Positions 1-10,867 are shown, counted from the first letter of the stretch. The stretch is DNA of 64,000 bases from Hydrolagus colliei (GCA_035084275.1 CM068751.1:19840001-19904000), one strand, 5' to 3'. Notes: generated from the sequence alone by a model not told the origin. A program made the numbers and translations.

Positions 1-448
1 CCCATTCATTGGTAGGAGGACTGATCAGGCTTGGTGTTCAACTCATTGCTGCAATTAATTGTCCTCCAGTAAAATTTATCTGACACCCTCGATCCAGCAA
101 CGTTAATGTACCAGAGCTAAAGACAGTGCTCTAGTAAATATTTTTTGTGGGTGTTTTTGTTAAACATGTGGTAAACAGAATCCAAAGGCTGCTTACTTAC
201 CATACTTACTGAAGCTGTGGGTTTTTTGGTTCGGTTAACTGAGAAGTTGCAATCATAGTGCAATCTACATTCAAATCTTGCCTTCGGTTGGAATTCATTC
301 AAGAATTGTTTGGATCATTTCCCGATATATACAGTACCTTATATATAAAAAAAAAGGAAAGCAAGATGATATTTTTCAGAGTGGGTAGAGGTGAAAGTTT
401 GTGCTCTTTGAAGTGGATGGATTTGAGTGTTTTCTATTCTGGTCATCT

Positions 449-525
449 AACAACAACAACAACTTGCATTTATAAAGTGGGATTCACTTGGCGTTGCATC
501 TCAGAACACCCAACAATACCCAGAG
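449..525 (-). mobile_element. L2-type LINE 3' tail fragment, (GTT)n-terminated
   Basis: (AAC)n-TTGCATTTATAAAG... is the reverse complement of the L2 tail that is attached to ORF2 sequence at 7361-7600. Confidence 0.6.
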
Positions 526-683
526 TTGGCACTGAGCACTCCTGGTTAGGTCAGCTAGGTCAGTTGGAAAGTAAAGTTCGCTTTCTACTACCGGCAGAAG
601 CACCTCAGTACTAATTTGTAAAATAGCCCCCTTTCTGTAGGAAGCACTCTGAGACTCTGTACTGCTTGAAGAGCAGTATATGT

Positions 684-1012
684 GGAGCTCCTGTAGCTCA
701 GTGATTAGAGCATTCGCCTTACAAGCATGAGACCCGTGTTCGAATCCAGGCAGGTCAGGGCGAAACCTTGGGCAAGTTTCCGCACTCCACACACACACAC
801 CTACTAATAATAATCCATCCCCAAAAAAACAATAATAAAAATTGGTCATTTTCAATCCACGACTGTTTGTGTGCACACTGCTGTGCGCAATTGGCTGCCA
901 CGTTTCCCCCACAAATATACAGTCAATTCACTTTACAGTATATTCTGTGAAGCGCTTTGAGATGTCGATAAGATGTGAAAAGCGCTACATCAAATGCAAG
1001 GATTATTATTAT
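684..1012 (+). mobile_element. Full-length tRNA(Val)-derived SINE, (ATT)n-tailed family, nested in an L2 tail
   Basis: GGAGCTCCTGTAGCTCAGTG (A box), CTTACAA anticodon loop, GTTCGAATCC (B box), (CA)n, Deu-like body, CAAATGCAAGGATTATTATT end. The flanks GAAGAGCAGTAT and ATAAATGTAAGTTGTTGTTG rejoin into an L2 tail. Confidence 0.93.
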
Positions 1013-1199
1013 ATAAATGTAAGTTGTTGTTGAATGTGACATCCTCCATGTCTCACAGTAGCCCTAGATTCCCATACTATTGCCTCCACTGCTGGTGCCA
1101 CAGACAGAAAGAACACTTTCTGAACAGAAAGTAAGTGTAAGAGAAAAAACAGCCCTTGCGAGGCCACTCCTGTGCAATTTTGTACATAAATCAACATTC

Positions 1200-1600
1200 A
1201 AAAGGGGTATTGATGCACAGGAGAAAGTTCTGAGTCAGGTGGCAGGGATGATTCCAAGTTGTGAAGAGCGATTGAAAGAACTGAACTTTGTTTTCATTGG
1301 AAAAACCACAGTGTGAGTGGGCACACGAACCAGGTCTTTAAAATGATGGGACGCTAAGGCAAGTTATATAAGTTGGACTGCAACTTTTGAGCTGAAGAGC
1401 ACGAATTGCAGAATTAACAAGCATGAAGTTGGATCAGAAATGAGAAAGTTTTACCACAGGGTATTGGTTGTGTGACAGATGCGCCAAGCAAAAGATTAGC
1501 TCCTTTTAAAAACAGACTGCTTAGGAACAGGGCTGAGGCTTATGAGGCCAAAGATCCAGATGTTTGTTGGCTCCATAGAGCAGAATGGTTCATGGTCTAC
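1200..1600 (+). mobile_element. Decayed CR1 LINE ORF2 C-terminal fragment and 3' UTR
   Basis: Translation GIDAQEKVLSQVAGMIPSCEERLKELNF resembles the CR1 motif DIDxLExVQRRATRMIPxL...YEERLxxLxLFSLE. Downstream remnants are frameshifted. Confidence 0.75.
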
Positions 1601-1747
1601 TGCAAGAGTCACCCATATTGGCTCCGACAATAGGGATTGCTGCTCATGTCCTGTGACAAATAAGTGGTCAGAGCTGTCAGTGTGGTTGCAAATGTTATAT
1701 TCCGAAGGCTTGCCTGTTTTTTTCTTGCGATCAGGGAGACAATCATA

Positions 1748-2075
1748 GAGCTCCTGTAGCTCAGTGGTTAGAGCACCCCCATTTACAAGCGTGAGAACTG
1801 TGCTCGAATCCAGGCAGGTCAGGGTGAAACTTTGGGCAAGTTTCCTTACAACACACACATAGTCCTAATAATAATCCCTCAAAGGAAAAATTACGTTAAA
1901 TTGGTACGTTGAATCCACGGCTGTTTGTGGGGGACGCTGCTGTGCGCAATTGGCTGCCGCGTTCCGCCCACAAATATACAGGCAATTCACTTTACAGTAT
2001 ATTCTGTGAAGCGCTTTGAGACACAGTCTAGAAGATGTGAAAAGCGCGATATCAAATGCAAGGATTATTATTATT
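1748..2075 (+). mobile_element. Full-length tRNA(Val)-derived SINE
   Basis: Collinear with 684-1012 from the GAGCTCCTGTAGCTCAGTGGTTAGAGCA head to the GATTATTATTATT tail. Confidence 0.93.
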
Positions 2076-2196
2076 AACATTAACATTTTTGGACAGTTGG
2101 TGTTTCTTCTTTGGATAGTCGTGATATAGAAATTGCAAATGGGGGAAACAGTTTTTTTTATACCTGATTTTCTCATTATTCATTATCTCTTGTATT

Positions 2197-2255
2197 ACCT
2201 CCTGGCATCCTCCTGACGTGAAAGGCGCTATACAAGTGTAATTTTGTTGTTGTTG
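2197..2255 (+). mobile_element. L2 3' tail fragment
   Basis: CATCCTCCTGACGTGAAAGGCGCTATACAAGTGTAATTTTGTTGTTGTTG. Confidence 0.75.
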
Positions 2256-2776
2256 ACTTCTTTACCTCCAGAAGATTCCTTCCCCAGACAATACTCTTTT
2301 TGCTAATTATACATGTAAACCTCTCCTCTGTCCAGGTGATTCTCTCTAACCAAGAGATCATCAAATGATCTGATCAACCTCTGAACATGTGTTCAATGTT
2401 CCTTCGAGCTCAGCTCAGTTTCAGAGCACACATCGCCCCCACTGATTTTTCTGAAGAAGTTACATTTTTACTTATAAAAGAAATCATATGATATGAAGAG
2501 TATATATCCAATCTTTATAAAGTACAACAAGAAAATAATGGAGTGAGTATCAATGTTATTTATATATAATATATACACAGGTTTATAAAACATACGTACA
2601 AGAGGAAGCTATTTAATTATAAGACAAGTTGCATAGGTAGCTGTATAGAGTTGCGTTTCAATTAATAATTTGATTTGCTGCATTCAAGCTCTACAGTATG
2701 TACAATATGTAATTTTTATATACTTTCATAAAGTGTTCAAGTAAGTTTTCGACAGGGAAGATTCCCTCTAAATATT

Positions 2777-2841
2777 AAAAAAAATGTAATTACAGTTTGG
2801 TCACTCAATCCATGACTGTTTGTGGGACACTGCTGTGCACA
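2777..2841 (+). mobile_element. Internal fragment of the tRNA(Val) SINE family
   Basis: TTGGTCACTCAATCCATGACTGTTTGTGGGACACTGCTGTGCACA matches the SINE body. Confidence 0.75.
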
Positions 2842-4177
2842 GGCCTGATCTGATCGTTGGGAGATGAGGGTTCAAAGTTTTTTATATAGGGTGGTTCCTG
2901 TTTAAGATATGGGAGGACAGAGAGGAACAGGGACCTTCAACAGGAACAGGGACCAGACTACCTTGTTTTAAGTGTATATATTGAACATATTGTCAGCTCA
3001 GACTGAGTAGCTCTTGCAGTGACACATGCTTTGTTTTCATTTCCTTGGGATGAATCTTTTCCATCTGGTTTTGCTTCCCTTTGGCTCTGCACCTCACTGA
3101 CTTTCAGAGTCTCACATATTGGCCCAGGTGACAGAGGTTTTGTTCACTTCATCCTACACAAGCAAAACACCTCAGATTATTGTTGCAGAAAATACATTGA
3201 CCGGTTCTGCACATACCTGAAGCCTCTCTACAGAAATGTGAAGAATGATTGAGGATTAAGAGCCATGGATTGGCTCACAAACACATCAACCCTCTACAAT
3301 TACATTGGGATTTGCGCCCCACCCCCAGTTTCACTCCCTGATCACCAATCAGGAGATGTTTTAACTGTTAACACAGCGTGGCGTCCGTGAACTATAAACC
3401 CCAGAAAGAATTAACTGCAGTGATTTGTGGAAAGTGACATTTCCCACCCTGACTACATCGGACACCCTCTGAGCATTTACCTAAAGCATCCGACTGGCAT
3501 CACAACTAAGGAAGCCGCCAATTGCTTGCTTCCAGGCACCCCATGATGGTCAGCAATCCAGATAACAATGCTCTACTCAGGACCCTGTCAATTTCTTCCC
3601 CTTCCACCCCCACAACCCCCAGCACCTGTCAACGTGTCAGTCAGTGACTATTGAACCATCCAATTCCTGATTGTGAATCTGTGATTGATGCATTTGGCCT
3701 AGAACTTCCCGAAAAAAAAGACATAGAGGAAACAGGAGGACCGAGGAGATAGCCTCGGAGTTTTCTTTCTCACTCCCTGTTTCCTAACTCTAATCACCTT
3801 CTGCTGTGGGAAAGAGATGCGTTGTGGCCCAAAAACAGATCATTGTGCGCCTCCTAGATTAATGTAGAGAATGCAGTATTGTCCACTGAATGGATAAACC
3901 TTCCTGCTGTCAGTCAGAACTTAAACTCAATGCTACTTCAATTCTAAGAGGCTTATCTTCCTTGAATGGGCCCTTGCAGCTCAAGTAAGAGGCGATGTAA
4001 TGAAGCGTGTTGTCTAAAGTGAGAGAACTGCTGAAAAGAAGGAAGGGGGGCGGGGGAGGAGAAAAAAAAGCCCGTGCAGCTGTTAAGGGAGAACTTTGCA
4101 GACTCTCAAGAGAATCGTCATCTATCTGAAGAAAGAAAAGAAGCATCAGATAAAAGAGGATCAAGTTCATATCAGCC

Positions 4178-4265
4178 TGTTTGTGTCTGTCTGTGCGGAT
4201 ATGTGTCTGTGTGTGTGTATGTGTGTGCACGCATGCATGTGTGTGAGTGAGTGTAGTTGTGTGCG
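4178..4265. repeat. Imperfect (TG)n microsatellite
   Basis: Interrupted GTGTGT runs. Confidence 0.8.
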
Positions 4266-4567
4266 TTTGGTATTTGAGACATGGAGGTGTGTAATTATAT
4301 TTCTGTGCAGCTGTGTTCAAGTACGTTTAAGGTGTCTGTGTTATAGGGGGGAAAGAAGCGGGGAGGGCTTGCTGTGTGAGTATGCACAAACAAGCGTGTA
4401 TTAGAGAGACAGAGCAGTGTGCGTATTTTCAATGCGTGTATTGATATTTTCACTTCCAGCTCAGTGAAGGTGCCATGTCTTGCCAGTTCCTGTTTATCGA
4501 AAACTCTATAACACCTTTATCTTGATGTTTCTGTTTTGTAGTCTGTCTGTATGAGGCACCTGTGGCT

Positions 4568-4672
4568 CAAATATACAGTCAATTCACTTTACAGTATATT
4601 CTGTGAAGCGCTTTGAGACGTCCAAGAAGATGTGAAAAGTGCTATATCAAATGCAAGAATTATTATTATTAT
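4568..4672 (+). mobile_element. 5'-truncated tRNA(Val) SINE
   Basis: CAAATATACAGTCAATTCACTTTACAG...CAAATGCAAGAATTATTATTAT. Confidence 0.88.
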
Positions 4673-5104
4673 GATAAATCTCCGCTGAATGAAGGAGCAA
4701 AAAAGATCTCCATTAGCTTTTTCTCTTGCCTCATGTCATCTGTGGTTTGAAACCACTTCTATCAGAGGCCTCTAGATTATATCCTTAGCTGTTCACGTTT
4801 CTCTTCTATACCAGTTGTCAAATGGTAAAGCCCATAATTATAATTATAATGCAAGGATTATAATAATGTGTCTCCTCTAACTTGCTCACAGCCTGCTCTA
4901 TCAGATAGGCTGACATAATGTCAGACATAGATGGTACTTGTGTCTAAGGTCAGACACCTTCAGCCCAGTTAATGTTTATTAAATGTATATATGAATGAAC
5001 TTTTATCTCTCTCTGGACAAAATTAGGATCTATAGGATGTTTACTTTCATTTGGAATAGAAGCTGCACCTTGCAGCCTCTCCCATCCAGCACTCCGAATA
5101 TTGT

Positions 5105-5438
5105 GGAGCTCTTGTAGCTCGGTAGTTAGAGCACTCGCCTTACAAGCGTGAGATCTGTGTTCGAATCCAAGCAGGTCAGGGCAAAACCTTGGGCAAGTTT
5201 GCTTTGCTCCACACACACGCCTCATAATAATCCCTCCAAAAGAACCCCAATAATAAAATTGGTCGGTTCAACCCACGACTGTTTGTGGGGGGGACGCTGC
5301 TGTGCACAATTGGCTGCCGCGTTTCGCCCACAAATATATACAATTCAATTCGCTTTACAGTACATTCTGCGAAGCGCTATGAGATGTCTAGAAGACGTGA
5401 AAAGCGCTGTATCAAATTCAAGGAATATTATTAATATT
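5105..5438 (+). mobile_element. Full-length tRNA(Val)-derived SINE
   Basis: A and B boxes, CTTACAA loop, body and tail collinear with the other copies. Confidence 0.93.
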
Positions 5439-5460
5439 GGGCGTTAACCAGTGTAGAACT

Positions 5461-5530
5461 AACAACAATAACAACAACTTTGATTTATATAGCGCCCTCC
5501 ATCCCGGACGGCGTCTCAGAGCGCTTTGAA
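5461..5530 (-). mobile_element. L2 3' tail fragment
   Basis: AACAACAACTTTGATTTATATAGCGCCCTCCATCCCGGACGGCGTCTCAGAGCGCTTT; similar variant at 26936-27003. Confidence 0.7.
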
Positions 5531-6259
5531 CTAAGGAATATACAGGCCGAGAAGTTCCCAAGTTTTCAACGACTTTCATCACACTCCTGTGTCCCCATGA
5601 CTCGTGCTGTTGCCTGTATAGAATCGCTCCAGTTCACTATATTCCAGAGCTCTGAGAGTGAGGAGTAGGATTCCCATTCAGAGGTTAGCTCTGGAGCTCT
5701 TTAGCTCTGTGAATGGCAGACTAACTTTGGCAGGAACGAAGCACTAACTAGATCCTCCTTGTGAAGGCTAGATGAAGCTTCTTGTAGCTTTTGAACCTGT
5801 CCTAATGGGAATACAGTACAAAGCTTCCCTCCCTGAAGCAAAGAGACCAATGAAAAATGACTGAGTCCTGCCACAGGGCGACTGGTACCCAATTCTGGTA
5901 TGCACAAGGTCCTTTACATAAAAGCCTAGAAGTCTTATTATAGTATTGTCAAAGTGAGAGCCCAGAATTTCTCCATTACAAGACCAAAGCCAACAAAATG
6001 AAACACTATTGCTCTATCGCCAGAGATTCGCCCACTGTCCTGATAAAGATTGCACATGAACTGCACCATTGGTGAACCTGTGCTGGAGTTTGAGTTTGTT
6101 CTCTAGCCCAGATACCAAAGTGCTAAAAGTCTCTAGTCTCTTGACGTAAAGGATTGTAAGTTAAAGTGACACCTCAACTTCTATATGATGTGAAAGGTCC
6201 TTCTCATGGCAATGCTAGTACAGAGTGTCAGATGGACAGTTTCTCTGACTTATTAGAAA

Positions 6260-6380
6260 GAGATTGCTCAGGGGTTCAGCATTTGTGTCTGAACCTTTTC
6301 TATCCCACTCGGTGGGTGCTGTGCTGGAAACATATTCCCCATTAAAGCATTCCCATCCCTCATCTGCTGACGATAAAAAA
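6260..6380 (+). mobile_element. Highly decayed LINE (L2/CR1) reverse-transcriptase fragment
   Basis: GCTCAGGGGTTCAG...CTTTTCTATC...CATCTGCTGACGAT is spaced like PQGSxLGPLLFSI...H(Y)ADD, with frameshifts. Confidence 0.4.
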
Positions 6381-6723
6381 TATAAAAACCTTTACATCTT
6401 TATTAGATTTTAGGATGTATCGTTTCATCTGCTACTGAACATCTCCAGGCCTCTGCTTTCACTTTCACAAATCTGCTTTTGGTCAAGCAAACAGGAGAAA
6501 GTGCCTGGAAGGCAGTTTGCATTTTGGACCTTAGTTAACTTTCCAAGGTCAGATAAAGGCAGCAGTGGTGAACCTAATGCAGATCTGTGCATTTCACGCT
6601 TGTCCATTTAAATGGCAGTCCCAAAGTCATGACTATGTGCTTCATAATTCTTCAACAATTGTTCTTGTTCAATTGGTGGCTGGCAGTCAAACAGCAGAGG
6701 CAATGTGTTGACAGATGTACGGT

Positions 6724-7033
6724 GGAGTTCTGTAGCTCGGTGGTTAGAGCACTCATCTTACAAGTGCGAGTCCTGTGTTTGAATCCAGGCGGGTGCGGGC
6801 GACATCTTGAGCAAGTTTCCTTACTCCACACGCCTGATAATAATCCTTAAAAAAATAATTGGTCACTTCAATCTACGATTGTTTGTGGGACACTGCTGTG
6901 CGCAATTCCCTGCCGCGTTTCACCCACAAAATATGCAGTCAATTCACTTTACAGTACATCCTGTGAAGCGCTTTGAGACTTATAGAAGACGTGAAAAGCG
7001 CTATATGAAATACATGGATTATTATTATTATTA
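6724..7033 (+). mobile_element. Full-length tRNA(Val)-derived SINE
   Basis: GGAGTTCTGTAGCTCGGTGGTTAGAGCACTC head to GGATTATTATTATTATTA tail. Confidence 0.92.
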
Positions 7034-7360
7034 TAAAGTTGGTCATCGTTTGAGGTATATTGTGAAAATTCAATGAAGTCATATTGTAGGATTTATTTGG
7101 TGTGGTGTGGCAGCTCAGCAATAATGATTCCAGGCAGTCACCACTGAAGTGATGAGGCAGTGAGAGCTAAGGGTTTATGCCGGGTGAATGCTGAGATAAA
7201 TTGATGTATCGAATTGTTTTCTATTTGTTGAAGGTGATGACCCATGCTTACTTACTGCTCCACAGTCCCAGCTCCTCAACTATAGGTTTTGTTCTTGTGC
7301 AAGTCAAGAGAGTGAGTGCGAAGCAGGCCATACAACCAGAGAGGTGCCTGTCTGATGTCC

Positions 7361-7600
7361 AAACAACAACAACAACAAAGTTAAATTTATAGAGTGCTTT
7401 TCACATCAGGAGGATGTCCCAAGGTGCTGAATAGTCAGGTCGGGACTTGAGCAGGGGAGAGGGGCAGGGTGGGTGGAGAGAGAGAGTCGGGAAGGCAGCA
7501 GAAGGCACAGTCGAAGAAGAGGGTCTTGAGATTGGTCTTGAAGGAGGCGAGGGAGGGAACGAGGCAAAGGGATTGTGGGGTGGAGTTCCATTGAGCACAG
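7361..7600 (-). mobile_element. 5'-truncated L2 LINE: ORF2 C-terminus, 3' UTR and (GTT)n tail
   Basis: Minus-strand translation WNSTPQSLCLVPSLASFKTNLKTLFFDCAF matches the L2 ORF2 end (WNSLP...SLxxFKxxLKTxLF), followed by a pyrimidine-rich UTR, stem-loop and (GTT)n. Confidence 0.88.
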
Positions 7601-7631
7601 CTTCAATGGATAACAATAAAGAACAGAAACT

Positions 7632-7757
7632 CTGACTGATTCACCCCCTCTTTAGCCCAGGGGGACTGAAGCCAATTATAACACCCCGACTGCTGACCCA
7701 CTTGATACAAACTAATTCAGCACAGACTGGGACTCGAACATGAGACCTTCCAGCTCC
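7632..7757 (-). mobile_element. LF-SINE-like fragment, 5' half
   Basis: Reverse complement resembles the recalled LF-SINE consensus GGAAGGTCCCAGGTTCGATCCCTGGTCTGTGCTGAGTTAG...AATTGGCCTCAGCGCCCCTGGGCTAGGGAGGGGAAAATCAGCCAG. Confidence 0.7.
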
Positions 7758-7904
7758 AGACTTTTAAAACAATTTCCTACATTTGTACACTTTAAATAGC
7801 CATTGTTTCAGCTGGTATTTAGCAATGTTGGTGTCCACCTGCAGTTACGGCAACAAGGTTATAAGAACATATACTTTTCTTCCATGTTGCGAATTATAGT
7901 ATAT

Positions 7905-8030
7905 CCACTCCTCTTCTGAAGGCGTTGAACCTGACTGGGGAACAGTTCTGAGGGTATTGGCAGGGCTCCAGTATCCCACACAAGTTCCTAGTGTGAGCCA
8001 AGATTCCGAGCAGGCTATTTGACCTCGGGG
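7905..8030 (-). mobile_element. LF-SINE-like fragment, 3' end
   Basis: CTCCTCTTCTGAAGGCGTTGA...GTGTGAGCCAAGA...GCAGGCTATTTGACC is the reverse complement of GGTCGAATAGCCTGC...GGCTCACAC...GCGCCTTCAGGAGAGGAG. Confidence 0.65.
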
Positions 8031-8039
8031 AGTGGAGGG

Positions 8040-8310
8040 ATGAAGGTCCCAGTTTCAATCCTCTGTCCGGATGGAGTTAATTAGTGGTATTAGTTGAGCA
8101 GTAATAGCCTCTAATACCCTTGGCTAGGGAGACATACATCAGTCACAGTACTTCTGACCACAAACCAGTGACTCCTGGTGTAACTTGACTTGTGTGTGGA
8201 TACCACGTGAGGCTGTGATTGGGTTCGCCTATGATAGATACCCTCCGCAGTTAGGCTCCCTGTCTGCGATCACACCTACGTACATCAAGAATGATCAGTT
8301 GGGGGGAGAG
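8040..8310 (+). mobile_element. LF-SINE-like copy, diverged
   Basis: GAAGGTCCCAGTTTCAATCC...CCCTTGGCTAGGGAG...CCAGTGACTCCTG...GTGTGTGGA...GTGAGG...AAGAATGATCAGTTGGG in LF-SINE order. Confidence 0.65.
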
Positions 8311-10809
8311 TATATAAGATACCATGCAAAGTTATATTTGTAAAGTGCCTTTCACATCAGGAGAAAATGTCCCTCCCTGAGAAAGAATGTAGAACACACA
8401 CAGGTATCCAGAGATGTAAGGGTATAAGGATAATATTTTATACTACTATACTCTCCAGTGCCTGACTAGATCACAGGGCTCTAACCCTCTATGCTCCATA
8501 ATCGGAAATGAGAATGCTTTCAATTTAGCACCATGATCTTGTCAGGCATGCGAGACTGTAGTAGTAGAAAAACTCGATTGCGCTCAATCTTTAACCTCAG
8601 TCCCAGTGATGGACTATAGAGGGATTTCCCCCCCCCCCCTTCTTGTTTTGAATACATTCTCCCTTCGCTGTCTTCTCAGCAGATTCACTTGATGAATGTG
8701 ACAGAGTTTGTGTTTAACCCTCCCTCTCATTGAATTTGAAAGTTTGGAAAATGCAAAATAAGGAGGGTCTTAAGACAGTATTTCAATGGATGTTAAATCT
8801 TTCAAGGTTAGGACTTAACCTCCGTTCCTCTGAATTCATCTCTGAAACTTTAGTGCAAAGCCAATCAAGAATATCAGATGATACTTAACAATGAAGGATT
8901 TCTGATATTCAGGTACAGCTTTATTTGAATGGGACTGTGAATGCTTTGTGCAATGAGAATCGGTTTTACTCTAAAGTACTGTCAAAAAAAAAGTGAAATT
9001 ACCATTTTCTCCGAACTATGTCATTCATCATTGTCAGAACACTAAGCATTGTAAGTAGCTAGGGCCTCTCCAAATTAATGCCTTGTTTTGCATCAGCTAA
9101 ATTTCCCAAATCCAGGCGGATGGGTGACGCGATAACACATCTCCACCGGTCTCACTGCTCAATAGAATGTGATGCACAGGGAAGATTTGAGCCCACAGAA
9201 GCCAAAGTAAAGACTTTTTTTAGCATTCTGATTTATTTTGAAAACAAGATAAATCTTTCACTAAAACAATTAAATGGATTCGAACCAACAATAGGCTCTA
9301 TACTTTATTATATATCAGCTCAGGAGAGGATTAGACTGATGGATTCAGTAAATGTAATGGGGGGGAAAAAAAAGTTACTCGACTGAAGGAATAAAAGTAT
9401 AGACTCTGAACGAGACCGGCCGCCCCCAACATGACATTTTGTGCAACTTGTAACTGCTTTCCATTTTCATTATAATTATTCAAAAAGAATACATTGCCTC
9501 TATTTGGTGCATCTCACAAAGCAGCTGGGTTCCCTGGCAACTCAGGAGGACTGCTGCTCAGTCCAGTCACTGACGCACTCAGCAATAATTGCTGTCCGCT
9601 GACCCCCAGAAAGTGGAACCACATCCCAGGTTACGTTATTTCAATAGAAATAATTCTCATGTTTGTTATGCTTCCTTAACACATCGTCGAGCTGACTTAA
9701 AGCCCGCCGCACGGCCCTTTACTGTAATATGTAGTGACTGTGTGTTTTTTTAAGTGAATGGATCTGCCAATTTGTTCACAGAAATATCCCACACAGAGAG
9801 TCACAAAGTCAAAGACCGATTTTATTTGGGGGGGGTGGGGGTTTGCTGGCCAGGACCATAGAAGGAAAAGGTTACTGTGGGTTATATATCCCAGTTTATT
9901 AAGAAATGGCTGCAAAGTCATTGAAACAAACACTTCAGTGATGATAACAAAATGTCAGGAACCTCGAGGGACTGTTTCAAACCAGCTGTACCAACTGTGA
10001 TTGTTGGTAGTAAATAAATAACAGCCAATGAGGAGATACTTTCAGTAATGCACATTTCGTGCTTGTTAATTCTTAAATGAGCGAGTGGACTATGGCCACA
10101 GTGATAGGGGAGCTTGCGGAGGCAATGTACAAATGCTCTCCGATACTTAGAAATTGTTTTTGTTCCCTTTGATCTTCTGTTTTGGGGGTCCTCGCAATTT
10201 TTTTTTACAGTATTTTAAAATCTTACCTGGCTTGTTTTTGCTGTTGCTCAGAGGGAAGGGGATTTGAGCGTGATCAGATTGAAGTGGTGTTGAGAGGATT
10301 CGCAGAGTGACATATGTTCGGAAGATTGTGATTAGTGGAAACAGCAAAATGTGGAGGTGGGGTTCAGTCCCTCCCTGGTTAGCAGGTGTGAAATCACAGG
10401 TCCTCATTCTCTTTTCCTGCGTAAGTGTGTGATTGACTCTAATAGTAGGTAACTACCTCTCAGCACATGTGTAACTCAATCTGACAAGCCCAGCTGGTTC
10501 ACGAGAACTGGAGAGGGAGGTGTCTCTGAGATTTCCCCGTGGATAGTGATTCTGACCAGGTGCAGGGTAACTGCATGCTGTCTCGGATCTGGAGTTTGTA
10601 TCCCCCAGAAGAAGTTCCAGCGGAATGATTACTGCCGCTGAAGGTGCGAATCTAGTTTGGCCAGATCTGGCGGATGAGTAGCAGAGCAATGGGAACAAGT
10701 CATGGCAGGTAGGTGTGGTGTGCCAGTCACCAGGCAAAGAGAGTGAGACAGTGGCTCTTAGGCTGGAACTGAGGCCTGTAAATAAGTGATTAAGAGATTG
10801 GCCTACAAA

Positions 10810-10867
10810 AAACAACAACCCAACAACAAAATTACATTTATAGAGAGCTTTTCACGTCAGGAGGACA
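10810..10867 (-). mobile_element. L2 3' tail fragment
   Basis: CAACAACAAAATTACATTTATAGAGAGCTTTTCACGTCAGGAGGAC. Confidence 0.75.

Noticed and set aside
684-755. tRNA-Val(TAC)-like sequences
   Set aside because: They are SINE heads: no proper acceptor-stem pairing or oligo-T terminator, and each continues into the SINE body
484-1033. Recurring ORFs with [29 protein letters not shown] peptides (also at 5148, 6807, 30139, 31901, 38161, 52022)
   Set aside because: These are translations of the SINE body, not a protein family
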